A stretch of 64,000 nt of DNA, taken from IMG/VR virus record IMGVR_UViG_3300025913_000019; one strand, 5' to 3'. This DNA is from a virus (lineage: Duplodnaviria > Caudoviricetes). Below are positions 18,579 through 26,935 of the stretch, piece by piece; positions within the stretch are counted from its first letter, which is position 1; each line of letters starts with the position of its first letter. Below the pieces are notes generated by a model that did no database searches, was not told the DNA's origin, and saw nothing but the letters and a program-made list of their open reading frames with translations. The position numbers and the translations under genes were made by a program.

Positions 18579-18994
18579 GGCTGATCCTTTGCCGCATTCA
18601 TGCGGTCGAAGACTTCGGAGTCGTGGTCTTCCTTCTCTTCGCGACCGGTGATGACGAGTCGGATGCGCTTCGCGACCATGGGGACGATCCAGGGCCAGAA
18701 CGCCGAGAGCAGGAACGCCAGCGGGTACGGATTCTGGAGCGACTTGTCGTAGTGCGATCCGAGGTACGTCGCCACGTATGGACTGACGAGACCGCCGATC
18801 ATCACCGAGATCATGCTGTTCACCACTGCGTCAGACTTCGACGCCGGGTGATTCTTCACGTAGACGATAGCCGCACCGAAGCCGCCGATGATCCAAACCC
18901 AGGGATCTTTGTGCTCGATGTGAGCAGCGACAGCTCCTTGCGCCCAGGCTTGGCCGCACACCAGGAGCAGGGTCAGTACAAGTTGACGGTTCAT
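18575..18994 (-). CDS. Holin candidate with signal-peptide-like N-terminus
   Basis: Hydrophobic segments (WVWIIGGFGAAIVYV; SMISVMIGGLVSPYVA; LAFLLSAFWPWIVP) and a highly charged C-terminal tail; first gene of the lysis cassette. Confidence 0.6.
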   Translation of the reverse strand: MNRQLVLTLLLVCGQAWAQGAVAAHIEHKDPWVWIIGGFGAAIVYVKNHPASKSDAVVNSMISVMIGGLVSPYVATYLGSHYDKSLQNPYPLAFLLSAFWPWIVPMVAKRIRLVITGREEKEDHDSEVFDRMNAAKDQP

Positions 18995-19012
18995 ACGTCC
19001 TCCCTTCTCCTG

Positions 19013-19020
19013 ATGAAATT
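19013..19020 (-). promoter_or_regulatory. Putative late promoter element AATTTCAT
   Basis: Intergenic, ending 18 nt upstream of the 18994 start; same motif recurs before three other minus-strand genes. Confidence 0.45.
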
Positions 19021-19024
19021 GCGA

Positions 19025-19639
19025 TCAACGATTCAGGCCGGTGACAAGCAGGCCGAGGTCGACGCCACCGATCGATCGCAGCGGCTGGAGGTTCAGGTGC
19101 GAGACCGACACCCCACTTTCGTTGAGATCGATCTTCGGGTCGCCAGGCTGCGGAGTCGGCAGGTCGTTCGGCAACTGCGTCGCCGTGAGACTGACGTCGC
19201 CGCCACCTCCACCGCCCGAAGACGGCACGTGAGTGACAACCCACACGGCACCGTCTTCGGGGAAGACGTCGGCACTGTCCTGCAGGTGACCGTTCTTCCA
19301 CACCGTGTAGCCGGGCGGGAAGCTCGCGCTTGACTCGACGTTGACGAAAATCTGCAAGATGGCACCGACGGCGATGACGTTGCAGACCTCACGGAAGCCG
19401 AGGCCCAGCTTCCACTTCACGGCGAGGCCTGTGCTGGCCCGTGTGTGTTCGGTCGTCGGCAGCAAGACCCAAAGCCCTGCCACCGAAGAGGCCGAGGGCT
19501 GGGTCAAGACGCAGACAAGATCCTGTGGGCCGACGATGCCGAAGTCAACGACCCACGGGATACCGAGAGAGACCGGGCCGGTGTTCGCATTGAACGTGAC
19601 GGCGGCCGGTTGAAGGAAGGTTGGTGCTGGGGTTGTCAT
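19025..19639 (-). CDS. Probable virion structural protein (paralogue of 15998..16552)
   Basis: Shares PWV..F..V.....CV...GL(W/Y).L and NV...V(W/Y).(N/D)G motifs with the 15998 product. Confidence 0.6.
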   Translation of the reverse strand: MTTPAPTFLQPAAVTFNANTGPVSLGIPWVVDFGIVGPQDLVCVLTQPSASSVAGLWVLLPTTEHTRASTGLAVKWKLGLGFREVCNVIAVGAILQIFVNVESSASFPPGYTVWKNGHLQDSADVFPEDGAVWVVTHVPSSGGGGGGDVSLTATQLPNDLPTPQPGDPKIDLNESGVSVSHLNLQPLRSIGGVDLGLLVTGLNR

Positions 19640-19648
19640 CCCTACTCC

Positions 19649-20863
19649 TTATGTGCATGTGATCCATGAGCTCGTGGCCGACGACCAGTACTTCGCGGGC
19701 TTCGAAACCCAGGCGCTTCCATTCCAGACCTTCCGGGGCTTGCCTGTCACCCAGCTCGTGCCGTTCCAGACCTTGACGACACCTTGCGCAGTGCTTGTGC
19801 TTCGCGGTCCAATCGTGCTCGGATCGAAGTAGTCGGCGTCGACAAAGCCTCGCTTGAAGAACGCCATGCCATCGTTGTCGTAGCTTGCGCTTTGACGACG
19901 GCGACGCGGGGTCACCACACGATTCCGAATCACGCGGAGGTAGGCCGGGAAGCTGAACGTGGACCCGAGACTGTCGGTCGCGGTAACGACGACGGTCGAC
20001 AGGGTCTCACCCTTCTGTGCCTGGTAGACCAGCGTGGGCGAGTTGGTGCCGACATTGACGCCATTGACCGTCCACTGGTAGCTGACGGTCCCCGAGTTGT
20101 TGGCCGCCGTCGTCGTGAACGTGGCGAACTGTCCGACGCTGACGACCTGCGATGCGGGAGTCGTGACGGTCAGGGCTGTCGGGTTCGGATAGAGGACGAT
20201 GATCGCAGCGCTGGTGTCCGAGATCGCGGGGTCAACCGATGTCCACGTCGCGCTCAGCGTCGATCCACCACCCGACGTAATCAACAGGTGACAGTTGTCC
20301 GTCGGGATGTTCAGCGAGCCATTGAGGTACTGAATGTCGTCAGTCCATCCAGCTGGCGGCGTGATCGTGTCTGTAGAGCCGACTGTGTTCTCGTGGCAAC
20401 GCGCACCGAATGCGAGGTCACCGACTTGAACGTTGCCAACCGTGGTGACCGTGATGGTCTGACTGGAGTTGTTCTGGTCGAGCTTGCCGTAGGTACGAAT
20501 CGCCACGCCCTGCGGCGCACCGGTGACGATGTAGACGCGAACAATACCGTCCGAACCGCCAAAGACTTGCGGCGGTACGAACGTGTACGTACCAGGCATG
20601 GCGTTGACGAATTGGCCGAAGCCACCCATCGTACCGCCAGAGCTGAAGAACGGGTTGTAGGCGCCGTTGACTCGACTGGCTGTTCGGCCGGAACCATCCG
20701 GCTGGATAATGCCGACGTCACCGTAAGCGAAGTTCTGGACGCCGTTGAAGTAAACAAGGATCGTCTCGCCGCCAGAGCACTTGAAGCTCTGGTTCCCCGA
20801 CTCCACGTTGTATCCAGCTCCCGTGGAGTTCGCGGCGTAGACCAGTGTAGTCGCGAGTGCCAT
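19649..20863 (-). CDS. Virion/fibre-associated protein with Ig-like domain and KVWNG repeats
   Basis: PASQVVSVGQFATFT...VSYQWTVNG Ig pattern; C-terminal KVWNGTSW/KVWNGSAW repeats. Confidence 0.6.
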   Translation of the reverse strand: MALATTLVYAANSTGAGYNVESGNQSFKCSGGETILVYFNGVQNFAYGDVGIIQPDGSGRTASRVNGAYNPFFSSGGTMGGFGQFVNAMPGTYTFVPPQVFGGSDGIVRVYIVTGAPQGVAIRTYGKLDQNNSSQTITVTTVGNVQVGDLAFGARCHENTVGSTDTITPPAGWTDDIQYLNGSLNIPTDNCHLLITSGGGSTLSATWTSVDPAISDTSAAIIVLYPNPTALTVTTPASQVVSVGQFATFTTTAANNSGTVSYQWTVNGVNVGTNSPTLVYQAQKGETLSTVVVTATDSLGSTFSFPAYLRVIRNRVVTPRRRRQSASYDNDGMAFFKRGFVDADYFDPSTIGPRSTSTAQGVVKVWNGTSWVTGKPRKVWNGSAWVSKPAKYWSSATSSWITCT

Positions 20864-20894
20864 GGTCAGTTCAGCTCACTGGTTGGTCCTGGCT

Positions 20895-22145
20895 TTACAG
20901 GTTGGAATGGCACTGATGAGACATCAGCTCGAAGGCGACAGTCGTGACCGTCACGTTGGCCGTGCCGTTCGACATCGCCAGCTCCTGACCCATGAATGCG
21001 GTGTTGAGAGGCAGGGTCGAACCCGTGATGAACGAATCCACGAGAACGCTGCCGGTCAGCACGTCGGTCAGCTTGTAGCCGATAGTGCTGCCGTTCGGGT
21101 CGCAGGCCATCTCGAAGTCGTAGGTTGCGCCAGCGGCCAGCGCCGAGCCCAGGGTGATCGCGTTCTTGACGGCGGTGCCGGCGTTGACGACCACAAGGCT
21201 CAGGGTCGAGGCCGAGTCCGTCGTGTCATGCCAGAGGCCGATACCGTTGCCGGTCAGGGTGTCGGAGATCACGTAGCCGGAGTTCGAATCGTTGAGACCG
21301 ACGAACAGGCGAACGGTCGCGGCGGCCCAAAGGCCGACAGCGAAGCGCGCATGGAACTGGAAGCCACCCTGCCCGCTGGCATTGCCGCGCCAGTAGCGCT
21401 TTTCAGCTGTCGCCGTGCGAAGACCGAGGACCTGATTGGTCGTCGTCACCACGTTGGCCCAGCGCGTGCGCTTCTGCTGCGCGTAGATACCGGCCGACGG
21501 GGTCGGGTGGCTGACCGTACCGCCAGAGGTCCAACCGACGCCGATGTTGAGACCGACGGTGGAGCCCGTGTTCGGGAAGTAGCAGCTGTAGCCGGACGAG
21601 GACAGACGCTCCTGGAAGCGACGGAACTGGCCGTCAGGCGCAACCCACAGAGGCACCATGCGTTGAGCGACGGTACCGCTGTAGATCGCAAGCGTGCTCG
21701 GATCGGGGGCGGCCGGCGCGTCGACTGTGGTCGCGGCCAGCGTGAGGCGATAGCCCACACCGGTCTGCTTGGGTGTCCCGTCCGAACCGAAGTACGTCCA
21801 GTAGCCGCTCGCGTCGAGGATCACGCGCTCGCCGAAGCCGAGTGTGCCGGCCCACAGGCGGACCACGTTGGTGCCGTCGTAGAACTCGACGCGGATCGCA
21901 TTGTTGACCGACGACGAATCGTTGGCGACGATCAGGCCAGTGACGTTGCGACACGTGGATGCCGCAGGGGACGCGACCACGGTGGTCGTCGTCGCGGTCG
22001 TGATCTGCGTCACGGCGGGGCCGCCGACACCGGTTGCAGCGGGTGTCGACTGGCTCACGTCCACGTAAGACGCCTGCACATCGATTGCGCCGGCAGAGCC
22101 CGTGACGACGCGGATGATGGCAGTTGTGGAATTCAGATTGAGCAT
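20895..22145 (-). CDS. Virion structural/fibre-associated protein
   Basis: Thr/Ala/Gly-rich beta protein in the fibre cluster; N-terminus MLNLNSTTAIIRVVTGSAG resembles other phage structural ORFs. Confidence 0.55.
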   Translation of the reverse strand: MLNLNSTTAIIRVVTGSAGAIDVQASYVDVSQSTPAATGVGGPAVTQITTATTTTVVASPAASTCRNVTGLIVANDSSSVNNAIRVEFYDGTNVVRLWAGTLGFGERVILDASGYWTYFGSDGTPKQTGVGYRLTLAATTVDAPAAPDPSTLAIYSGTVAQRMVPLWVAPDGQFRRFQERLSSSGYSCYFPNTGSTVGLNIGVGWTSGGTVSHPTPSAGIYAQQKRTRWANVVTTTNQVLGLRTATAEKRYWRGNASGQGGFQFHARFAVGLWAAATVRLFVGLNDSNSGYVISDTLTGNGIGLWHDTTDSASTLSLVVVNAGTAVKNAITLGSALAAGATYDFEMACDPNGSTIGYKLTDVLTGSVLVDSFITGSTLPLNTAFMGQELAMSNGTANVTVTTVAFELMSHQCHSNL

Positions 22146-22154
22146 GTCAGTACC

Positions 22155-22823
22155 TTAGTTTGTGTCGATCCAGATGTCACCAACCGCAGGATTTGCCGGC
22201 GCGGTCGTACCCACCGACACCGATGCCTCCGGGTGCCAATAGGTTCCGTCCCAGTAGACAGGACGGCCCAGCGTTGACGACCACGCCTGATAGCCGGTAG
22301 TACCGGGGTTAGGCGTCGTGTCACCAGCGGCCACAGCCACCGTGGCAGGATTGACCGTGGACCAGACCGGCGCAGAGCTGGAGCCCTGCGAGGTCAGCAC
22401 CTGTCCGCTCGTGCCGTAGTTCGCACCCGAGAGACCCCAGGCACCGGCGCCCGTGAAACGCAGACGCTCTGTGCTGTTCGTGTAGAACCGCATGTCAGCG
22501 TTTGCACGCTGGACGAGCTGCGCGATGGACGACGAATCCTGACGGAACAGGAAGCCCGAGGTGCCGATGACGTTGCCGTTACCCGCGATTTCGATGCTGC
22601 CGTTCTGAGCACTGGGTGCCGCAACGCTGAACAGCGGAGATCCTGCCGCCGACGTGAGTGCGAGGTTGCCAGTCAGCGTGTTCGACCACTGACTGTCTCC
22701 ACGCAGGAACATCGTCGAGTCGGCAGTGCCCGTGCCCAGCGCCGCCGGGCTGACTACGTCAGTCGACAGCAGCTGGCACAGGTCCCCATTCGCATCGATG
22801 TAGATTGGAAGTCGATTTGCCAT
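22155..22823 (-). CDS. Fibre-like protein (N-terminal peptide shared with 22855..24687)
   Basis: ALGTGTADSTMFLRGD, NSTERLRF, GTSGQVLTSQGSSSAPVW and SVGTTAPANPAVGDIWIDT fibre motifs. Confidence 0.65.
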   Translation of the reverse strand: MANRLPIYIDANGDLCQLLSTDVVSPAALGTGTADSTMFLRGDSQWSNTLTGNLALTSAAGSPLFSVAAPSAQNGSIEIAGNGNVIGTSGFLFRQDSSSIAQLVQRANADMRFYTNSTERLRFTGAGAWGLSGANYGTSGQVLTSQGSSSAPVWSTVNPATVAVAAGDTTPNPGTTGYQAWSSTLGRPVYWDGTYWHPEASVSVGTTAPANPAVGDIWIDTN

Positions 22824-22854
22824 AGCGTTCCCTCATTCAAAAGCCATGGCCTCC

Positions 22855-24687
22855 TTAGGTCAGACGGATAGGCACGGGCGCCGGTTCGATCTGGAGCTGC
22901 GTCGTCGACAGAGCCTTGCCGACGTAGACGAGGTAACCCGTCGTCGGAGCAGTGGCGGTGATGCCACCGGCTGTGCCGTTCGACAGGAAGTACTTCGCGC
23001 CCGCGGTCAGGCCACCCGAGCCGCCGGTCACGACGTCCCACTGGGCAGTTGTCGCCGTCAGCACACCATCGGTCGCGATGTTGCCGGCCGCACCGTTGTT
23101 CACCGACGTGTCGAGGACGAGACCGGTGACGAGACGCGTGGCCGAGGCATTGGCTTGCGCCAGCTTGAACGTGCCCGATGCATCCGAGTAGACCGCACGA
23201 CCGATGACGACCGTCGAGCCCTGGTTGTTCGTCAGCGACGTCTGCACGACAGCCGCGACAGAGGACACGGTCGTACCGCTCGTGATGCGGCCGTATGTGT
23301 CGACCGTCACCTGGTTGTACGTGCCCGGGGTCGCGATGACGCCAGAGGCCAAGTCGAGGGTGGGGTTGCCTGCAGCGCCGTCGCCATTGGAGACCGTGAT
23401 GCGGCTGGAGCTTGCGGTCGCGACGCTGCGGTTCGCGAACGTGTTGGCACCCGTCTGCGCGACGATGCCGTTGCCAGCCAGGGCCGCGATGTTGGTCAGG
23501 CTCGTGCTCGAGGCCTGCGCACCCACATCGGCAGCGGTCGCAGTCGCGCCCGTCGTGACCCGACCGTAGGTGTCGACCGTGAGCTTCGTGTACGTGCCCG
23601 GCGAGACGATGCCGGATGCGAGATCGATGCCCGAACCGCCGACGACGATACGACCCGAGTTCGCAGTCACGACCGACACGACGTTGCCGCTGATGCTGAT
23701 GCCGTTGCCTTGCGACAGGTCGGTACCCTTGTTCAGCTGCGTGAACGTGATCGCGGTCGTGCCGACGGTGACGGCGCCGTTGTTGTTGCAGATCCACAGC
23801 GAGCCACCGTTGGAGGTGCCGGCCGTGTCGACGACGATGAAGGCACCGGTGAACTCGGCGCTCTGATCCATGTCGACATGGCGCGTCAGGATGTACGGGT
23901 GCGTGCCGTCCCCCAGCTGCGTCAGCGTGTACAGGCCGTTGTTGGCTTGGGTCGCCTCGTTCTTGACGAAGACGACCATGCCCACCGTGGTGGCCACGCC
24001 GTCAACCGTCAGCGCGCCGTTGGCAGTCGCCGTCAGGGTCGCACCCACGCCGGCCGTGCCGTTCGAGTACGTATTGGTCGGGAGAGCCGCGGTCGTCGCA
24101 ACCCACGCGGTCGGCTTCTGCTGCAGACCCTGCGCGATGTTGTCCACGTACTGCTTCGTTGCAGCCTGGAGAGCCGCAACAGGATCGGCAGCCAGGGTCA
24201 CGGTGCCCGTGAATGTCGCACCAGCGCCACCGGAGAGCTGCGCGTAACGCGAGTCCACCAGGCTGCTGATGTCGGCAGCGAGAACTGCGGTCGTGCCCGA
24301 GACACGGCCGTAGGTGTCCCTCGTGAACTTGAGGAACGAGCCGGTGCCGCCGTCGGTCAGAGTTGCGAGGTCGAGGGTCGGATTGCCGCCCGAGCCGTTG
24401 GCATTCGCAACCGTCAGGCGCGCAGTCGACGCGACAGCGATCGAGACATCGGTGAACGTGTTGGTGCCGGTCTGGACCATGAGGCCGGTGCTGTTCAGCG
24501 CCGCCAGGGCATCGAGACGCGCAGACCAGGCCTGCGTGTTGGTGCCGATCGTGAGACCCAGGTTGGCGACTGCACCAGACTGTGTCGTCGCTCCCGTACC
24601 ACCCTGAGCGATGGCAAGGAAGTCGCCCGACAACATCTGGCACATGTCGTTGTTCGAGTCGATGTAGAGAGGAAGAACTGCGGCCAT
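22855..24687 (-). CDS. Long fibre protein with repeats and C-terminal DUF2190-like (cement/adaptor) domain
   Basis: AATKQYVD, VFVKNEATQANNGLY, repeated GTY.K/Q.TVDTYGR.T.G shaft repeats, and C-terminal IGRAVY...LTAGAKYFLS...VGKALS. Confidence 0.7.
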   Translation of the reverse strand: MAAVLPLYIDSNNDMCQMLSGDFLAIAQGGTGATTQSGAVANLGLTIGTNTQAWSARLDALAALNSTGLMVQTGTNTFTDVSIAVASTARLTVANANGSGGNPTLDLATLTDGGTGSFLKFTRDTYGRVSGTTAVLAADISSLVDSRYAQLSGGAGATFTGTVTLAADPVAALQAATKQYVDNIAQGLQQKPTAWVATTAALPTNTYSNGTAGVGATLTATANGALTVDGVATTVGMVVFVKNEATQANNGLYTLTQLGDGTHPYILTRHVDMDQSAEFTGAFIVVDTAGTSNGGSLWICNNNGAVTVGTTAITFTQLNKGTDLSQGNGISISGNVVSVVTANSGRIVVGGSGIDLASGIVSPGTYTKLTVDTYGRVTTGATATAADVGAQASSTSLTNIAALAGNGIVAQTGANTFANRSVATASSSRITVSNGDGAAGNPTLDLASGVIATPGTYNQVTVDTYGRITSGTTVSSVAAVVQTSLTNNQGSTVVIGRAVYSDASGTFKLAQANASATRLVTGLVLDTSVNNGAAGNIATDGVLTATTAQWDVVTGGSGGLTAGAKYFLSNGTAGGITATAPTTGYLVYVGKALSTTQLQIEPAPVPIRLT

Positions 24688-24726
24688 TGACTTTCTCCTA
24701 GTTGGCCGCCCACCGCGGCCTAGTTG

Positions 24727-25341
24727 TTACGCAAGCCGGATCACCGGCTGAAGATCGAGAACGAATTCTGTGGCGCTCAAGGCGTAACCTACCGGAACGA
24801 GGTAGGAACTCGAAGGGGCACCCTCCGACGTGACCGTAGAACGCAGAGCACCCGGAACATGGAGGTCCAAGAAGTACCTCTGTCCGGGTTGGAGACCACC
24901 GACATCACCCGTGATCTGCTGCCACTGGAGTGCGGTGAGGACGAGGCTCCCCTCGACCAGGAAGTTACCAACGCCCAGCCAAGGCAGGACGCTCGAGTCA
25001 GCGTAGAGGCCGATGACGCGACGACCGACAAGATTGCCGATGGCGCCGAGGACCTGTGTGGGACTCGAAAGGAAGACAGGGGTGCCGGGATTCATGTCGG
25101 CACCGGTGTTGTTCTGGTACGAGTAGTACGTGTTGGCGCCTTCCAGCGCCTGCGTCACCTGGCCCTGGAGCTTGCCCAGGGCCTGGCCGACGGTATCGCC
25201 GTTTTGTACAGGCACGGCGTTGCCTGGATCGAAGCCCGACAGTGTGTTCGGTGCCTTCGTCGGATCTTGCGCCTTGACCTTCCCTCCCACGATTGGTAGC
25301 GTGGTCGAGTCGAGGTCGGCGTCAGTTACGATGGCGACCAT
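24727..25341 (-). CDS. Fibre adaptor protein with DUF2190-like C-terminal domain
   Basis: GDTVGQALGKLQGQV trimer motif; C-terminal GLQPGQRYFLD...PVGYALS...PVIRLA parallels the 22855 product's C-terminus. Confidence 0.6.
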   Translation of the reverse strand: MVAIVTDADLDSTTLPIVGGKVKAQDPTKAPNTLSGFDPGNAVPVQNGDTVGQALGKLQGQVTQALEGANTYYSYQNNTGADMNPGTPVFLSSPTQVLGAIGNLVGRRVIGLYADSSVLPWLGVGNFLVEGSLVLTALQWQQITGDVGGLQPGQRYFLDLHVPGALRSTVTSEGAPSSSYLVPVGYALSATEFVLDLQPVIRLA

Positions 25342-25353
25342 GAGCTTGTTCCT

Positions 25354-25638
25354 TTAACGTGGGCGATCGGCCTTGCCGTCCAACTTGTCGTAGATGCGAT
25401 TCAGCATCTCGTGCATCTGCGCCTGGTGCTGTGTGAACATGGCTTCCAGGCGTTGGACGTGGCCGGAGAAGTCGTCCCTGCGAACGTAGTCCCTGGCGAT
25501 GGCCTTGTTGAGCTCGAGCATGTCCTCGCGGAGTTTGTCGATTGCGCCCCACATGGCTTTCAAGAGAAAGCCGCCGAGAAAGGCGACGACGGCGAAAAGA
25601 CCGTCGACCAGCAGAGTGGCGATGTCGAAGTGTTCCAT
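25354..25638 (-). CDS. Small single-TM protein (holin-like/XhlA-like)
   Basis: N-terminal TM helix followed by coiled coil with YVRRDDF...IYDKLDGKADR, a frequent phage small membrane protein pattern. Confidence 0.55.
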   Translation of the reverse strand: MEHFDIATLLVDGLFAVVAFLGGFLLKAMWGAIDKLREDMLELNKAIARDYVRRDDFSGHVQRLEAMFTQHQAQMHEMLNRIYDKLDGKADRPR

Positions 25639-25656
25639 GGCGTTTGCTGTCCGTCG

Positions 25657-26817
25657 TCAGTTGGAGGGAGCAAGAGGACTGAGCTGGATCGTGACGCGCT
25701 TGGCGCCGTACTTCCTGTACATGGGAACCATGAGGCGGCCCCACGCGGTGAGCTCGGTCGCATCGTTGCCGGTATAGCGTCCGCACTTGTTGCTCATGGC
25801 GAAGCCGCCGACGTCGGTGCTGCTGCAGGCTGCACCATTGTTGTCATCCCACGACCAGGGCATCCAACCCCAGCCGGCGGCCTCCGCATCGGCAACCAGC
25901 TGCTCGGCCGGCACCTGCGTCTGCGACGGTCCTGTCTTCAGAGGGCCGAACTCGCCGATCATGATCGGCAGCTTCGTGGCCTTCAGGTCGTACATGGCCT
26001 TGGAGTAGCTCTGCATCCAGGGCTGCAGCGGGATCGCTGCCGTCGTCGCAGTTGCGGGAATGGGGACGTGCCACGAACCGTAGATGTGGACCGAGAACAG
26101 GATGTTCTTCAGCGGATCGGAATCGAACACGGCCTGGCCGTCGCGCACGATGGTACCGGCGTCCTGTCCGCAGTTGCCGGCATCGATCACCAGCGTACCC
26201 GTGTAGCCGCCGGCACGCATCCGACTGATGGCTCCGATGTTCGAGTCGCGCCAGACGTAGGTCGGCACGTTCGACACGCGCTTGGTCACGGGGTCTGTGA
26301 CCGCCATGACAGTACCGGGACCCCACTCGTTGGCGATGTTGATGAGGCCGAGAGTGTTCAGGCGTGTCCACGTCGAAGCCTGCGCGATCCACGTGTCCAC
26401 GATGGCGGTCAGGTACGACGGGTCCGTCTTGCACGTGCCGACCCAGCTGGAAGGCATGGGCACGATGCCCTTGTCCAGCATCTCTGTCTGGACGATGTTC
26501 CAGTTGTAGGTCGTGGAGTTCGCGAAGTTGAGGACGAGGCGCTCGGTGTTCGCGCCCGTGAGCGGGACACCCTCCTTCGATCCACCACTGTCCCAGTGAT
26601 TGCGGTTGAGACCGCGAATGCGGAACTCGTTGCCCGCCGGATCGTAGAGCTTGTAGCTGTCATCCGTCGACTGGACGCTGAGCTGCGTGCTCGGCTTCGC
26701 CACGTAGAAGCCGGCACCGGAGGCCGGACGAGGCGGATCGATGACGCAGTACTGGCCCGCGACCGCGGCATTCAGGGTCGCGACCGCGAGGGTGAGAAAT
26801 GTGATGAGGCGCTTCAT
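25657..26817 (-). CDS. Secreted glycoside hydrolase family 5 (beta-mannanase GH5_8-like)
   Basis: Start reassigned to ATG 26817 (AAGGAAG RBS) giving signal peptide MKRLITFLTLAVATLNAAVAG. GH5 motifs RGLN, INIANEW (acid/base Glu), VIDAGNCGQ, FSVHIY, IGEFG (nucleophile Glu) and WMPWSW. Confidence 0.85.
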   Translation of the reverse strand: MKRLITFLTLAVATLNAAVAGQYCVIDPPRPASGAGFYVAKPSTQLSVQSTDDSYKLYDPAGNEFRIRGLNRNHWDSGGSKEGVPLTGANTERLVLNFANSTTYNWNIVQTEMLDKGIVPMPSSWVGTCKTDPSYLTAIVDTWIAQASTWTRLNTLGLINIANEWGPGTVMAVTDPVTKRVSNVPTYVWRDSNIGAISRMRAGGYTGTLVIDAGNCGQDAGTIVRDGQAVFDSDPLKNILFSVHIYGSWHVPIPATATTAAIPLQPWMQSYSKAMYDLKATKLPIMIGEFGPLKTGPSQTQVPAEQLVADAEAAGWGWMPWSWDDNNGAACSSTDVGGFAMSNKCGRYTGNDATELTAWGRLMVPMYRKYGAKRVTIQLSPLAPSN

Positions 26818-26858
26818 GAAACTTCCTTGATCCACGGCGAGATCGTTGGGAGGGGAAT

Positions 26859-26890
26859 AGATGGGATGAAATTGATGCTTCACCCCATCC
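26859..26890 (-). promoter_or_regulatory. Hairpin containing AATTTCAT motif (putative late promoter) upstream of GH5
   Basis: 12-bp stem AGATGGGATGAA/TTCACCCCATCC (mismatches become G-U on the minus-strand RNA); motif at 26866-26873. Confidence 0.45.
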
Positions 26891-26935
26891 ATTGTAAGCT
26901 TCATGTAAGCGCTCTAGGTGCTTCCCAGCAACCCG

